From Azolla caroliniana (lineage: Eukaryota > Plantae > Polypodiophyta): 64,000 bases of DNA. Below, one piece after another: positions 1 to 12,192 of this stretch (the first letter of the stretch is position 1; each line of letters starts with the position of its first letter). Made by a program: the position numbers and the translations under genes. The notes below the pieces were generated by a model. It was not told the origin of the DNA. It saw only the letters and a list, made by a program, of their open reading frames with translations, and ran no database searches. The stretch lies in contig JBHGNT010000004.1 in the NCBI GenBank assembly GCA_043228905.1, positions 20,584,001 to 20,648,000 of the forward strand, read 5' to 3'.

Positions 1-11
1 GTGAGAAGGGG

Positions 12-2711
12 ATGAAGAGGCTTGCAGAAGACAACCTTATTCCAGTGAAGCATGTGCACCTGGAGAAGTGCACCGATTGCCTGGCCGGTAAGCAGAACCG
101 AACCTCCTTCCACTCAAGGCCACCGACGAGACGTAGCGCACCATTGGAGTTGGTGCATACTGATGTGTGTCAGGTAGAAACGAAGTCACATGGCGGAGCC
201 CAGTACTTCGTAACATTCATTGATGATCACAGCCGGAAGCTGTGGACGGCACCGTTGAAGACAAAGGACCAAGTGTTGTGCGTCTTCAAAGAACTCCACG
301 CGAGAGTGGAAAGGGAATCCGGCAAGAAGCTGAAAGCGATACGAGCGGATAACGGAGGGGAATACCGGGGGCAGTTCGCAGAGTACTGTCGCTCGAAGGG
401 AATCCGGCTCGAGTTTACTGTGCCGAAGACGCCGGAACTGAACGGGCTGGCCGAGAGGATGAACCGGACCATAATGGAGAGGGTCCGGAGTATGCTGGCG
501 CATGCGAAATTACCCAAGGGGTTTTGGGCTGAGGCAATGTCGACGGCGACATACGTGATAAACAGATCACCCTCAGTACCTTTGGACGGGGACACGCCGC
601 AGAGAGTGTGGACCGGTAGGGAAGTATCCTACCGGCATCTGAAGGTGTTCGGGTGTCTCGCATACGTGCATGTGGCAAAGGACCGGAGAGGAAAGCTAGA
701 TCCAAAGACCCGGCCATGCATATTCCTCGGTTACGGCGATGACGAGTTCGGCTACCGAGTATGGGACCCGGTCGACAAGAAGATATTCCGGAGTCGTGAT
801 ATCATCTTCATGGAGAACAAGACACTCGCCGACTGGGAGTCGGAGAAGAAGATGAAGAGCTCCAAGTCGACCGGTGAGGATAAACTCTACGAGGAGCAGT
901 CCCGACCGGCAAGGGACCGGTTAACACTCGAAGATCCGGCCGAAGACGGTGAAGAAACAAAACCGGTCGAGGAAGATGAAAATGATACCGGAACCGGCCC
1001 CGATCCCGAAATGGATTCGGATGAAGAAGAATCGGAAGAACCGGTTACCGAAGCTCCAGAACGGAGATATCCTCTAAGAGAGAGAAGGGCCCCCCGGAGA
1101 TTTCCGGAACCAGAGCACGTGCTGCTAACCGACGAGGGGGAGCCGGAGAGCTTTGAAGAAGCAAAGCATGACACCCAGAGCCGCAGGTGGTTGAGTGCCA
1201 TGCAGGACGAGATGGATTCCCTGCATGAGAACCACACATATGAACTTGTGGAGTTGCCGAAAGGAAAGCGGGCACTTCGAAACAAGTGGGTGTTCAAGCT
1301 GAAACCGGGAGATGCCGGAAACCCCCCGAGATACAAAGCCAGGATCGTGGTGAAGGGGTTTCAGCAGAAGAAGGGCGTCGACTTCGACGAGATATTTGCC
1401 CCGGTAGTGAAGATGACCTCCATCCGAACGGTGCTGAGCATAGCGGCAAGCATGGACCTCGAGGTAGAACAGATGGACGTGAAGACGACATTCCTTCACG
1501 GTGACCTCGAAGAAGAGATCTAGATGCAGCAACCGGAAGGATTCAAGAAGAAAGGGAAGGAGCACCTGGTATGCCGGTTAAAGAAGAGCCTCTACGGTCT
1601 GAAGCAGGCTCCCCGGCAATGGTACCGGAAGTTCGACTCCTTCATGACAGACGAAGGGTACCACAAAACGCAGTCCGATCACTGGGTGTTTGTGAAGAAG
1701 TTCGAAGGAGGAGACTTTCTAATACTCCTCCTGTACGTGGACGACATGTTGATCGTCGGACGAGACCAGGTCAAAATACGGATGCTGAAGAAGGCTCTTC
1801 ACCGAACCTTCTCAATGAAGGACTTGGGTCCGGCGAGACAAATACTAGGGATGCACATCATCCGGGACCGGAGCAAGAAGCAGTTGTGGCTGTCACAGGA
1901 GAAGTACGTGACAAAGGTGCTTAAACGGTTCAACATGTCGGAAGCAAGACCGGTCGGATCGACCCTCCCGACAAACTGCAAGCTGTCCAGCAAGCAAAGC
2001 CCCAAGACAAAGGCTGAGAAGGAGGACATGATGAAAGTGCCATATGCCTCTGCCGTCGGAAGCTTGATGTACGCAATGGTGTGTACAAGACCGGACATTG
2101 GATACGCAGTCGGAGTGGTGAGTCGGTACATGAGCAATCCCGACAAAGAGCATTGGAACGCGACCAAGTGGATACTCCGATACCTGAAGGGCACGGCAAA
2201 CGTGTGCCTCCGATTCGGCTCCGGTAAGCCCGAACTCGACGGCTTCACCGATTCGGATATGTCGGCTGATGCAGATACCAGCCGGTCCACATCAGGGTAT
2301 GTGATGACGTATGCAGGGGGAGCTGTTTCATGGCAGTCGAGGCTGCAGAAGACAGTTGCGTTGTCAACCACGAAGGCGGAGTACATGGCGGTTGTTGAAG
2401 CCGGCAAGGAAATAATATGGATGAAGGACTTCATTAGAGAGCTCGGTATCCGGCAGGAGGAGTACCAACTCTACTGTGACAGTCAGAGTGCAATCCACCT
2501 TGCGAAGAACGCGGCCTATCACTCCCGGACGAAGCACATCCAGCGAAGATATCACTGGATCCGGGAAAGGATAGAAGACAAGGAGTTCGTGCTGACGAAG
2601 ATCCACACGGACGAGAACGGGTTGGATATGCTGACCAAGGTGCTCACACCCGACAAGCTGGAAGCGTGCCGGAAGAGGATCGGATTGGAGAGACATCCCA
2701 TGCCGAAGTGA
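12..2711 (+). pseudogene. pol: Copia pol (integrase, RT, RNase H) with one in-frame stop
   Basis: ORFs 12-1523 and 1524-2711 are in the same frame, split by TAG where sister copies have TAC (EEI-Y-MQQP); motifs LVHTDVC, SLYGLKQAPRQWY, YVDDML, YHSRTKHI. Confidence 0.93.
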
Positions 2712-2721
2712 AGGGGGAGTT

Positions 2722-3324
2722 TGTTGGGATTACGGTCCCTTCGGATGGGATGGTCGGATGTCGGAGATGAATGCCGACAAGCCCGGTTTCGGTTTCGGAA
2801 CCGGATGATGATGACCCCGGCTTCGGAGCCGGATGACGAATGTACCCGGAGCGAGATCCGGATGCGGGGACATATCTGTGAATATGTTTGCCAAGGGCCC
2901 TTGAGGCTATAGTTGTAAATAGCCCTAAAGTCATATGTGTATAAATATGACTTAGGGCAAACAGTTTTAATGTTGCTACTTATTTTTCTGTTTTTCCACT
3001 CAAGAGGAGTGAAGAGAGAGCAGCCGTGAGAGAGATAGAGCGCGAGAGAGAGGAAGAGGTCGACGCCTCTGTGTATTTCCGCCGCCTGTGGCGAGGACAG
3101 CGAACTCAAGGTCGTCGCCTTGCAGCTCGCCATTGTATACTTCTCTGTGCATAGTTTTGGTTCGGAGTCTTGTACTCCCGTGGTTTTTCCCGTACAGGGT
3201 TTTCCACGATAAATCGTGTGTCCTCTCTATTTTTCGCATTTCCCATTTTCTGCAACAACGATTCGTGTGTTTCCTTGGTTGTGGCCGAGAGGTGAAGTTC
3301 GGAAAGTTTCGATTATTTCCATCA
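2722..3324 (+). repeat. 3' LTR of Copia A
   Basis: Starts TG right after the PPT; TATA-like TATAAATA near 2940; homologous to 53224-53820; ends CCATCA where Gypsy-derived sequence resumes. Confidence 0.85.
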
Positions 3325-3800
3325 GTTCATCTCAATAATCATCTCCATCCCGATTAAGTGTTCTTTGTCGGCCTTGATCACCGAAACGACACCTCACAGT
3401 TCGCGTTTAACCTGGCCGTATCCTCACTACCATTCACTTAGGACCTTCTCTCCGATCCGGATGGCAAATCGTGTTGCGCCTTCGTCCTCCTGGTTGATCA
3501 CCCATCCGATTCCAGTCGGACTCATGTCAACCGTCATGTAAATCGGAGCGTCCTTCTTGTACATTGCTTTTCGGAGAGCCGGTGTCGCCATCAACATCCC
3601 CTTTAGTCTCGGGATCGCCTCCGAGGGCTCTTCCCTGCATTCGAATTTTCAACCCTTCTTCAACAAGCCGTAGAGTGGCTCGGTGATATGTGCGTAATGG
3701 GGAATCCAAATGTAGTAGAAGGCACACGCTCCCAAGAAGCATCAAACCTCCTTGACTGACCTGCACTCTTCCTTCATCGCCGAGATGGCTTCTACCTCTA
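3325..3800 (-). pseudogene. Degenerate RT/RNase H fragment of the Trp-primed Gypsy family (target of Copia A)
   Basis: Reverse complement aligns by eye with about 60180-60655 (KVEAISAMK..FLGACAFY..PTGIGWV); contains stops and frameshifts. Confidence 0.85.
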
Positions 3801-4275
3801 TTGGAAGGCTTTACGGATTCAGACATGTCGGCTGATGTAGATACCAGCCGGTCCACGTCTGGATACATCATGACCTATGTAGGAGAAGCGGTGTCATGGC
3901 AATTGAGGTTGCAGAAGTCCGTGGCTCTGTCGACAACAAAAGCAGAGTATATAGCGGCTATAGAAGCCGGCAAGGAAGTAATTTGGATGAAGGACTTCAT
4001 CGAAGAGTTAGGGATCCGACAAGAGGAATTTTTGCTCTACTATGACAGTGAAAGTGCCATTCACCTTATGAAGAACGTGACCTACCACTCCCGGACAAAG
4101 CACATCCAGAGGAGATATCTGTCACGGGTGGGTAGACGAGAGAATAAGAAAGGGAGAGAGAGAATAGACAAGATAACAAGAATTGATATTATGCTTCCGT
4201 AACTAGTGTTGTTCGCCTTGTTATCAAGGTGCACCAGAGTATTTATACAAGAATGTGGAGGTATGCATGTAAGCT

Positions 4276-4332
4276 AGGAAACTTCTAGAGAGTGCATTAA
4301 GATGCATTCTCTAGAAGTTTCCTGAAAGTTCT
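4276..4332. promoter_or_regulatory. Heat-shock-element array overlapping a 22-bp-arm inverted repeat
   Basis: GAAgtTTCctGAAagTTC at 4314-4331 (four alternating nGAAn units) and GAAacTTCtaGAg at 4278-4290; hairpin 4276-4323. Confidence 0.65.
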
Positions 4333-4387
4333 AGTGATTAACCTACAATGTAATAAGTTGAATGTTATACAATATAATAATGTATAG

Positions 4388-4459
4388 ATGGATGTAGCTC
4401 AATTGGTAAGGTTGCCCAATAAAACCAGGAGGTCATGAGTTCAACCCCCTACATTCCAT
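4388..4459 (+). other. tRNA-like Pol III promoter module (box A + box B), pseudo-tRNA, inside the solo LTR
   Basis: Box A TAGCTCAATTGG at 4395-4406; box B-like AGTTCAACCCC at 4438-4448; ends ATGGATGTAG / CTACATTCCAT can pair; 72 nt long; T and anticodon stems do not pair. Confidence 0.6.
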
Positions 4460-4651
4460 GTGGCATCCTGTCTATGACAATATCACTAGCTTTGAAAGAA
4501 GGTAGAAGACAGATTTTTTGCTGACGAAGATCCACACGGAGGAGAACGGGTTAGACATGTTGACCAAGGTGTTGTCGACTGAGAAGTTGGATGTGCGCTG
4601 AAGACAGATCGGGTTGACAAGACATTCCATGCCTGAGTGAAGGGGGAGTTT

Positions 4652-5168
4652 TGTTCAGAAACCGGTGCCTTCGGATAGGAACTTGACGAGCCGGATCTGA
4701 CGAGCTGGAGGAAGGAACAAGACCGGATGTATCCAACAGGATATGGTGTAAACGAGAAGTGGGGATATATTAGTAAATACGTTCGGATGTGACTGTTGAG
4801 GTCATATTTGTAAATAGCTCCAAAGTTATATAAGTATAAATATAACTAGGGCAATAATAGTTTTGTGCGGGCAAGAGTTAGGTATTGTTGTACAGAGAAA
4901 GAGATATACATAAAGCTTTTCTGTTGTAACCGTCGGTTGGTGAAGACACAGAGCTCGAGGTCGTTGCCTTTGAGTTTCCTATTGTAGTACCTCTCCCATA
5001 TAATGATCTTGTTTGGAGTTTGTGAACTCCCGTGGTTTTTGTCTCTCGAGGTTTTCCATGTAAACATTTGGTGTCATCTCGTTGTTTTGCGTAAGTGCAT
5101 TGTTTCTACTTTTTGTTAATCTTCCATTAGTATTTGAAACCGGTTGTGTCCAAGTATGATTCTCTTCA
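4652..5168 (+). repeat. 3' LTR of Copia J
   Basis: TG after the PPT; shares CCCGTGGTTTT and TAGGGCAA blocks with the other Copia LTRs; right end approximate. Confidence 0.7.
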
Positions 5169-6288
5169 GAATTTTGGCCGGTTATACTGGAAGGCTTCTC
5201 CGGGAAGAAGTTGAAGAAGGAGGAGGCGAACCGCGCGGAGACACGGGTTCAGGAGGTCACTTAATGGGCTGATTTGGTTGAGGAGAAAATCAACTTCGTA
5301 GAAGCCGCATGCCAGAACTACGAAGTTCTGGTCGAAGAAAAATGAGTCGGGAAGGAGGGAGGAGCAAGTCCTTCGAATCACTACGACACTTGAGGAGGAG
5401 CACAAAAGAATGACGTTGGTTTGGCTCACTGGCAGGAGAAAGACAAGGGAAAGTTCCCGAGCTTCCGACTGAGCTCGAAAATAGAAAAGACGACGGACCT
5501 ATGAAAGGCCCTAGAGGAGCGGGTCCTCGACAGTCGAGTGGAACTCTCATTGCGGGAGGTGTTAGGACTTGCGAAGAAAGAGTTACACGACTCAATCATC
5601 GACCTCGCGAAGAGAAAGCAACTTCGATAGAGCCTGAAAACGAGAAGTTGGTTGATGTCAAGGCAACGCATATCGATGAGGTGGTGGCAGAGGAGGAATA
5701 TGCCGAAAGCCACTACATGCGGCCGCATTGGGCGAGAGTGACAACGAAGACCCCAGTTCGGATCGGGGATGTGAAATAACGAGTAGCGGCTCTGATTGAC
5801 CACGGATCAGAGATAAACCTGATGTCTATGGATTTATACAAGAAGGGCAAATGGTTGATCAATACAAATCACAGATGGAGGATATACGCAGTGATCCGCG
5901 CTATGGAGGGGCTGCACGATGCATGCCTGAATGTATGGGTGAAGGTCGGTGACGTCAAAATCAACCAACAATTCTTCGTGCTGGAGACAACCTCCCATCT
6001 AGTGATACTCGGCGAACCCTACATCATGGCAGGTCAAATGGAGACCAAGGTGTTGGACAACGGTTCAACATACACGAGGGTGAAGAGCCAAGATGGTTGG
6101 CCCTCCGTCCAATTTTTTAAAGTTCGATTGAACCATGAGAGGAACCGGAACTCCCTTGGCACCGAGTGCCGAGAGGATTTTTAGAGAGGTCTATCAAAGT
6201 GTGGGGTCGTGATAGTCCAGAAAACCGGAAGAATCCCCACACTTGTACCCTCAGTACAAAGTTTTGGCTCTTTGGAAATGGAGGTTGT

Positions 6289-6989
6289 TGACGGGAACTG
6301 TACACTCCTTATACGCAACACTCGGCCACATTCGAGCTTAGAATCATACACAAAAAAACGGGAAATAAAACGCATGACACAAAGAAGAGAAGAGTACACA
6401 CGATGTTTACGTGGAAAACCCAAACTAGGGAAAAAACCACGGCAGCCCACAGGCTGCAAACTATCACTATGCTAGAATGTACAACAGTGAGTTCACGGAG
6501 GCAACGATCTCGTGCTCATGATCTTCGCCACAGGCGACGGTTACAACAGAGGCAACGACCTCTTCCTCTCACTCACTCTCTCTCTCTGTACACAGTTACG
6601 CGCTCTAATCTCACGCATACAAGAATAATAACCACACATAGTCACATAAAAAGTTTGCCCTAAGTCATATTTATACTACTATGACTTTTTGGCTATTTAC
6701 AAATATAGCCATGATGGGCTCTCAGAAACATATTTACGAATATGTCTCTTCATCCGGTGAGCACTTCTCACCGGTTCTGCACCATCCGGCTCTCCGTAGC
6801 CGGGTACTCCTCATCCGGTCTTCACCGGGTCTACACCATCCGGCTCTCCGTAGTGGGGTACTCCTCATCCGGTCTTCACCGGGTTTGCACCATCCGGCTC
6901 TCTGTAGCTGGGTACTCGTCATACGGTTTCCCACTGTTCATCAACACTATTCTTCTCCTTTCCCATTCGGAGGGACCTATCTCCCAACA
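6289..6989 (-). repeat. Copia B LTR (left copy) with 54-bp tandem units
   Basis: Matches 11882-12192 plus 19189-19522; about 2.6 copies of CATCCGGCTCTCCGTAGCCGGGTACTCCTCATCCGGTCTTCACCGGGTCTACAC at about 6783-6925. Confidence 0.9.
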
Positions 6990-7773
6990 GTTGTATCATA
7001 ACCGACATCGCTGGCCGGGAGAAAAGATGGGTCCAAGGGCACTTGAAGGCTTGGGAGCCTTGGGCCCCGACGACAAGATCAGTGGCATCGTGAAGGCGGT
7101 CTCATTCGACGACATCCTCAGAGAGATCGGGAAGGTGATAGAGGAAGGCTTAAGTGAAGGCCAGACGATTCCAGTCGGTTCAATTGACGAGTACGAGGTT
7201 ATTGCGGAGTTCGGATGGACGGTTGGGGCAAATCGGACCACTCAAGTGGGCACTAAGTACAAGACAGTGGACCGGAAGGTGAGGCCAGTTGCAGATCCCT
7301 TACTGGAGGATAGTTGGGAGCAGATGAAAGGGGTTGCGATCGACCCAAGTTTATGAGATCCATATGGCATAGGGCACCGCTTCACCGACTAGACGCTACA
7401 GAAGTTGAAGATCGGTGGGGGTGGCTTCCTACTGCCTGCAAAGGAGGACCGGTTTTGGAGGATGCTCGAAAGGCATGGGAAGGCCTTTGCATTCTCACCG
7501 GGGGAGATCGGGTGTGTCAACCCGACAATCGTGGAACCGATGGTAATCTTCGCGGTACCGCCTATAACATGGAACCTCAAACCGATTTCGGTGCCGAGGG
7601 CTCACATCCCAAAGTTGATGCAGTTGCTCAAGGAAAAGGTCAACATGGTGAATTCTCGATCCGTCGAGTGCTCCATATTCGAATCGGTGGTTCGTCGTGC
7701 CGAAAAAGAATGGCACACTGCGCTTCATTTAGGACCTACAACCGATCAACAAGGTGAACATTCAAAACGCAAG
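6990..7773 (+). repeat. 784-bp direct duplicate of 19523-20306 (TSD plus host Gypsy pol start)
   Basis: Constant offset of 12533 bp, near-identical; the ORF-track proteins at 7314/7405 recur at 19847/19938. Confidence 0.95.
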
Positions 7774-7789
7774 GCACATTGCGCTTCAT

Positions 7790-7975
7790 CCGGTCTTCAC
7801 CGGGTCTGCACCATCCGGCTCTCCGTAGCAGGGTACTCCTCATCCGTTCTTCACCGAGTCTGCACCATCCGGCTCTCCGTAGCCGGGTACTCGTCATACG
7901 GTTTCGGCCTCGGCCGAGTTTGTTCATAAGCACTATTCTTCTCCTTTCCCATCCGGAGGGACCTGTCTCCCAACA
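7790..7975 (-). repeat. Partial (U3 end) original 3' LTR of Copia B
   Basis: 54-bp units, ends CTCCCAACA next to the PPT complement CTCCCCCTT. Confidence 0.85.
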
Positions 7976-7985
7976 AACTCCCCCT

Positions 7986-10900
7986 TCACTCCGGCATGGG
8001 GTGTCTTACTAGTCCGATCCTCTTCCGACATGCATCCAGCTTGTCGGGTATCAACACTTTGGTCAGCATGTCCGACCCGTTCTCGGTCGTGTGGATCTTT
8101 GTCAGTGCGAACTCTTAGTCATCTACTCTTTCCCGGATCCAGTGATATCTTCGTTGGATATGCTTTGTCCGGGAATGATAGGCCACATTCTTAGCAAGGT
8201 GGATTGCACTTTGACTGTCGCAATAGAGCCGATATTCCTCTTGTCGGATATCGAGCTCTCCGATGAAGTCCTTCATCCATAATATTTCCTTGCCGGCTTC
8301 CACAGCTGCCATGTACTCCGCTTCCGTGGTTGACAATGGAACCGTCTTCTACAGCCTCGACTGCCATGAAACAGCTCCCCCTGCATATGTCATTACATAC
8401 CCGGATGTAGACCGGCTGGTATCCACATCAGCCGACATGTCCGAATTGGTGAAGCCGTCCAGTTGAGGTTTTCCGGAGCCGAATCAGAGACACATATTTG
8501 AAGTGCCCTTCAAATACCAGAGTATCCATTTGACCGCGTTCTAGTGCTCCTTGCCGGGATTGCTCATGAACCGGCTCACCACTCCGATTGCGTATCCTAT
8601 ATCCGGTCGGGTACAAACCATTGCGTACATTAAGCTCCCGACGGCAGAGGCAAATGGAATCTTCATCATATCCGCCTTCTCTGCTTTCGTCTTCGAGCTT
8701 TGCTTACCGGATAACCTGCAGTTTGCCGGAAGTGTCGATCCGACCGGTTTCGCATCTAACATGTTGAACTGGTGAAGCACCTTTGTCACGTACTTCTCCT
8801 GTGAGAGCCATAATTGCTTCGCTGACCGGTTTCGGATAATATGCATCCCCAACATTTGTCTTGCCGGACCCAAGTCTTTCATTGAGAAGGTCCGGTTAAG
8901 AGCCTTCTTCAGCATCTGTATTTTGACTTGGTCCTGTCCAACGATCAACATGTCGTCCACGTACAGAAGGAGTATCAGGAAGTCGCCTCCTTCGAACTTC
9001 TTCACAAACACGCAGTGATCGGCCTGCGTCTTGTGGTACCCTTGATTGGTCATGAAGGAGTCGAACTTCCGGTACCATTGCTAGGGGGCCTGCTTCAACC
9101 CGCAGAGGCTCTTCTTCAACCGGCATACCAGGTGCTCCTTCCCTTTCTCCACGAATCCCTACGGTTGCTGCATGTAGATCTCCTCTTCGAGGTCGCCGTG
9201 AAGGAATGTCGTCTTCACGTCCAGCTGTTCTACCTCGAGGTCCATGCTTGCCGCTATACTCAGCACCGTCCGGATGGAGGTCATCTTTACTACCGGGGCA
9301 AATATCTCGTCGAAGTCCACGCCCTTCTTTTGCTGGAACCCCTTCACCACGATCCTGGCTTTGTATCTCGGGGGGTTGCCGGCATCTCCCGGTTTCAACT
9401 TGTACACCCACTTGTTTCGGAGTGCCCGCTTTCCTTTCGGCAACTCCACCAATTCGTACGTATGGTTCTCATGCAGGGAATCCATTTGCTCTTCATTCGA
9501 ATCCGATTCGGGGTCTTGGCCGGTTCCGGTCTCAACTTCCTCTACTTCTTCTTCTGCCGGTTCGGTATTCTCACCATAATCGACTGGTTCCTCGAGTGCT
9601 AACCGGTCTCTTGCCGGTTGGGTCTGCTCATCGTAGAGTCGATCCTTACTAGTGGACTCAGATTTCATTATCTTCTTTTCCGACTCCCAGTCGGCAAGCT
9701 TCTTGTCCTCCATGAAGATAACATCTCGACTCCGGAATACCTTCTTGTCGACCGGGTCCCAAACTCGGTAGCCGAACTCATCGTCGCCGTAACCGAGGAA
9801 TATGCATGGCCGGGTCTTTGGATCTAACTTTCCTCTCCGGTCCTTAGCTACATGCACGTACGCGAGACACCCGAACACCTTCAGATGCCGGTAGGACACT
9901 TCCTTACCGGTCCAGACTCTCTGTGGCGTGTCTCTGTCCAAGGGTACTGAGGGTGATCTATTTATCACATATGTCGCCATCGACAATGCCTCAGCCCAAA
10001 ACTTCTTGGGTAGTTTTGCATGCGCTAGCATACTCCGGACCCTCTCCATTATGGTCCGGTTCATCCTCTCGGCCAGTCCGTTTAGTTCTGGCATCTTCCG
10101 CACGGTAAATTCGAGCCGGATTCCCTTCGAGTGGCAGTACTCCTCGAACTACCCCCGGTATTCTCCTCCGTTATCTGCTCGAACCGCCTTTAGCTTCCGG
10201 CCGATTTCTCTTTCCACTCTCACGTGGAGCTCTTTGAAGACGGATAGCACCTGATCCTTCGTCTTCAACGGTGTGGCCCATAGCTTCCGGCTGTGGTCAT
10301 CTATGAATGTCACGAAGTACTACGCTCCGGCATATGACTTCGTGTCTACCTGACACACATCCATATGCACCAACTCCAGTGGTGCATTACGTCTCATCGG
10401 TGGCCTTGGTTGGAAGGAGGTCCGGTTTTGCTTACCGGCCAGACAATCAGTGCACTTCTCCAAGTGCACGTTCTTCACTGGAATGAGGTTGTTGTCTGCA
10501 ACCCTCTTCATCCCCTTCTCGCTCATATGACACAGTCTCTTGTGCCACAGCTCACCGGCAGTGTCGAATGCCACGTTCACTTCTTCCAGACATAACCGGG
10601 CATTCATCAGGTACAACGTGTTTACCTTCCGGGCCAGAGCCACAATCAAGTTCCCTTTGCTGAACTTCATGACACCGTTCCGGATGCTACTTGTGTAGCC
10701 TTCATCATCTAGCCGACCAGCTGATATCAGGTTCAGATGAACCTCCGGAACGTGTCAGACATCCTTCAGTAGCAACTTGCATCCGGTTGGTGTTGTCAGC
10801 CACACGTCTCCTATGCCGACAATTCGACATGTACCTTCATTCCCCATCCGGACACAGCCGTGATCACCAGCTGAGTAGGATGAGAAGCATTTCCGGTCCG

Positions 10901-11852
10901 GGGTAAGGTGGAACGACGCTCCGGAGTCTACCACCCAGGTCATCTCGTCTCCGGCAAGGTTTATCTCACTCTCCTCGGTGATGAGCATCAACTCTTCTTC
11001 ACTTGCCGTGATTGTCGTCGTTCCCTTCCGGTCCGGCCCCCTCCGGTCTTTACCGTTCCGGTCCGGGGTTCGCTTCGAATCGGTACCGTCGGTCTCCTTA
11101 TCCTTTCGGAAATGCCGACAAATCTTCTGGAAGTGTCCTGGCTTGCCGCAATAGAAGCAAGTGGGTCTTCCCCTTGACTTTGACTGTGTCCCCGACTTCT
11201 CCCGGTTCTGGGGACTACGGTTTCTATGTCTTCCGCGTTCCGATTCGGTAAGGAACGCTTTGGAGTCGGAGCTCGTATGTTTGTCTTTCCGACGTGCCTC
11301 CTCATCTAGCAAGCTCGACTTTACTCTTGCTAGGGGTAACCGCTTTCCTTCCGGCCCGGCGTTGCCCAAAGTGACAACCAACGTCTCCCAGCTATCCGGG
11401 AGGGAACCGAGCAGGAGTAGCGCAAGTACCTCATCGGCGAGAGGTACTTCCAATGAAGTTACCTGGTGGATCAGCCCCTGGAAGGCATTCATGTGCTCCG
11501 CCATGCTGGAGCCATCTTGGTACCGGAGTCTTACTAGCTTCCAGAACACCGAAACCTGATTATCAGCATTTTTGTTTTGAAACATTATGCCGATCTTCTC
11601 CCAGAGCTCATGAGCCTTGCTCTCTTCATTGAAGTTGTTGTATAGGCTCATGTCAATGAAGCACAATATGTAAGTCGTTGTCTTCATGTGCATCACCTCC
11701 CATATCGTGGCGTCGATTTTGTCTGGTCTCTTGTCCCCAAACTGAACCGGCAACCAAAGATCTTTAACCATGAGCATGTCCCTCATCTTCGACTTCCATA
11801 CCGAATAGTTGGAGCCGGTGAGCTTGAACATGCCGCCAAACGATTCGTCTAT
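7986..11852 (-). pseudogene. gag-pol: Copia B gag-pol, disrupted
   Basis: Gag with zinc knuckle CFYCGKPGHFQKIC, protease WVVDSGAS, INT, RT YVDDML; several stops; in-frame deletion near 9490; probable start codon decayed to ATA. Confidence 0.92.
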
Positions 11853-11867
11853 TTTCTGTGTTGTTTC

Positions 11868-11879
11868 GCTCTGATACCA
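11868..11879 (-). promoter_or_regulatory. Primer binding site, tRNA-iMet
   Basis: TGGTATCAGAGC, 2 nt after the LTR end. Confidence 0.92.
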
Positions 11880-12192
11880 CTTGACAGGAACTGTACGCTC
11901 CTTATACGCAACGCTCAGCCACAACCGAGCTTAGAATCATACACAGAAAAATGGGAAATAAAACGCACGACACAAAGAAGAGAAGAGTACACATGATGTT
12001 TACGTGGAAAACCCAAACTAGGGAAAAAACCATGGCAGCCCACAGGCTGCAAACTATCACTATGCTAGAATGTACAACAGTGAGTTCACGGAGGCAATGA
12101 CCTCGTGCTCACGATCTTCACCACAAGTGGCGGTTACAACAGAGGCAAGGACCTCTTCCTCTCTCACTCTCTCTCTCTGTACACAGTTACAC

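Larger units (their letters stand above)
1..3324 (+). mobile_element. Ty1/Copia LTR retrotransposon, copy A (Tnt1/Tork-like), 5' part outside the window
   Basis: INT-RT-RNaseH order; PPT AAGGGGGAG at 2711-2719; 3' LTR TGTTGGG...CCATCA; near-identical to the copies at 35386-39459 and 50091-53213. Confidence 0.95.
4120..4479 (-). mobile_element. Solo LTR (360 bp) of an unrelated AT-rich family
   Basis: Termini TGTCA...TGACA; 5-bp TSD ATATC (4115-4119 / 4480-4484); minus-strand TATAAATA near 4240-4247 gives the orientation. Confidence 0.9.
3801..5168 (+). mobile_element. 5'-truncated Copia copy J (RNase H end, PPT, 3' LTR), interrupted by a solo LTR
   Basis: EGFTDSDMSAD...YHSRTKHIQRRY at 3801-4119 resumes after 4484; PPT at 4640-4648; diverged LTR at 4652-5168. 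Confidence 0.85.

Noticed and set aside
4388-4459. Functional tRNA gene
   Set aside because: T-stem and anticodon stem do not pair and there is no oligo-T terminator; kept only as a tRNA-like module (same for 25412-25485 and 32730-32803)
6783-6925. Regular 54-bp repeats resembling a CRISPR array
   Set aside because: Head-to-tail tandem units with no unique spacers, inside a Copia LTR; no cas genes
6289-6989. Independent solo LTR with a GTTGT TSD
   Set aside because: The downstream flank is a duplicate of 19523-20306, and a partial LTR plus the internal domain follow; it belongs to Copia B
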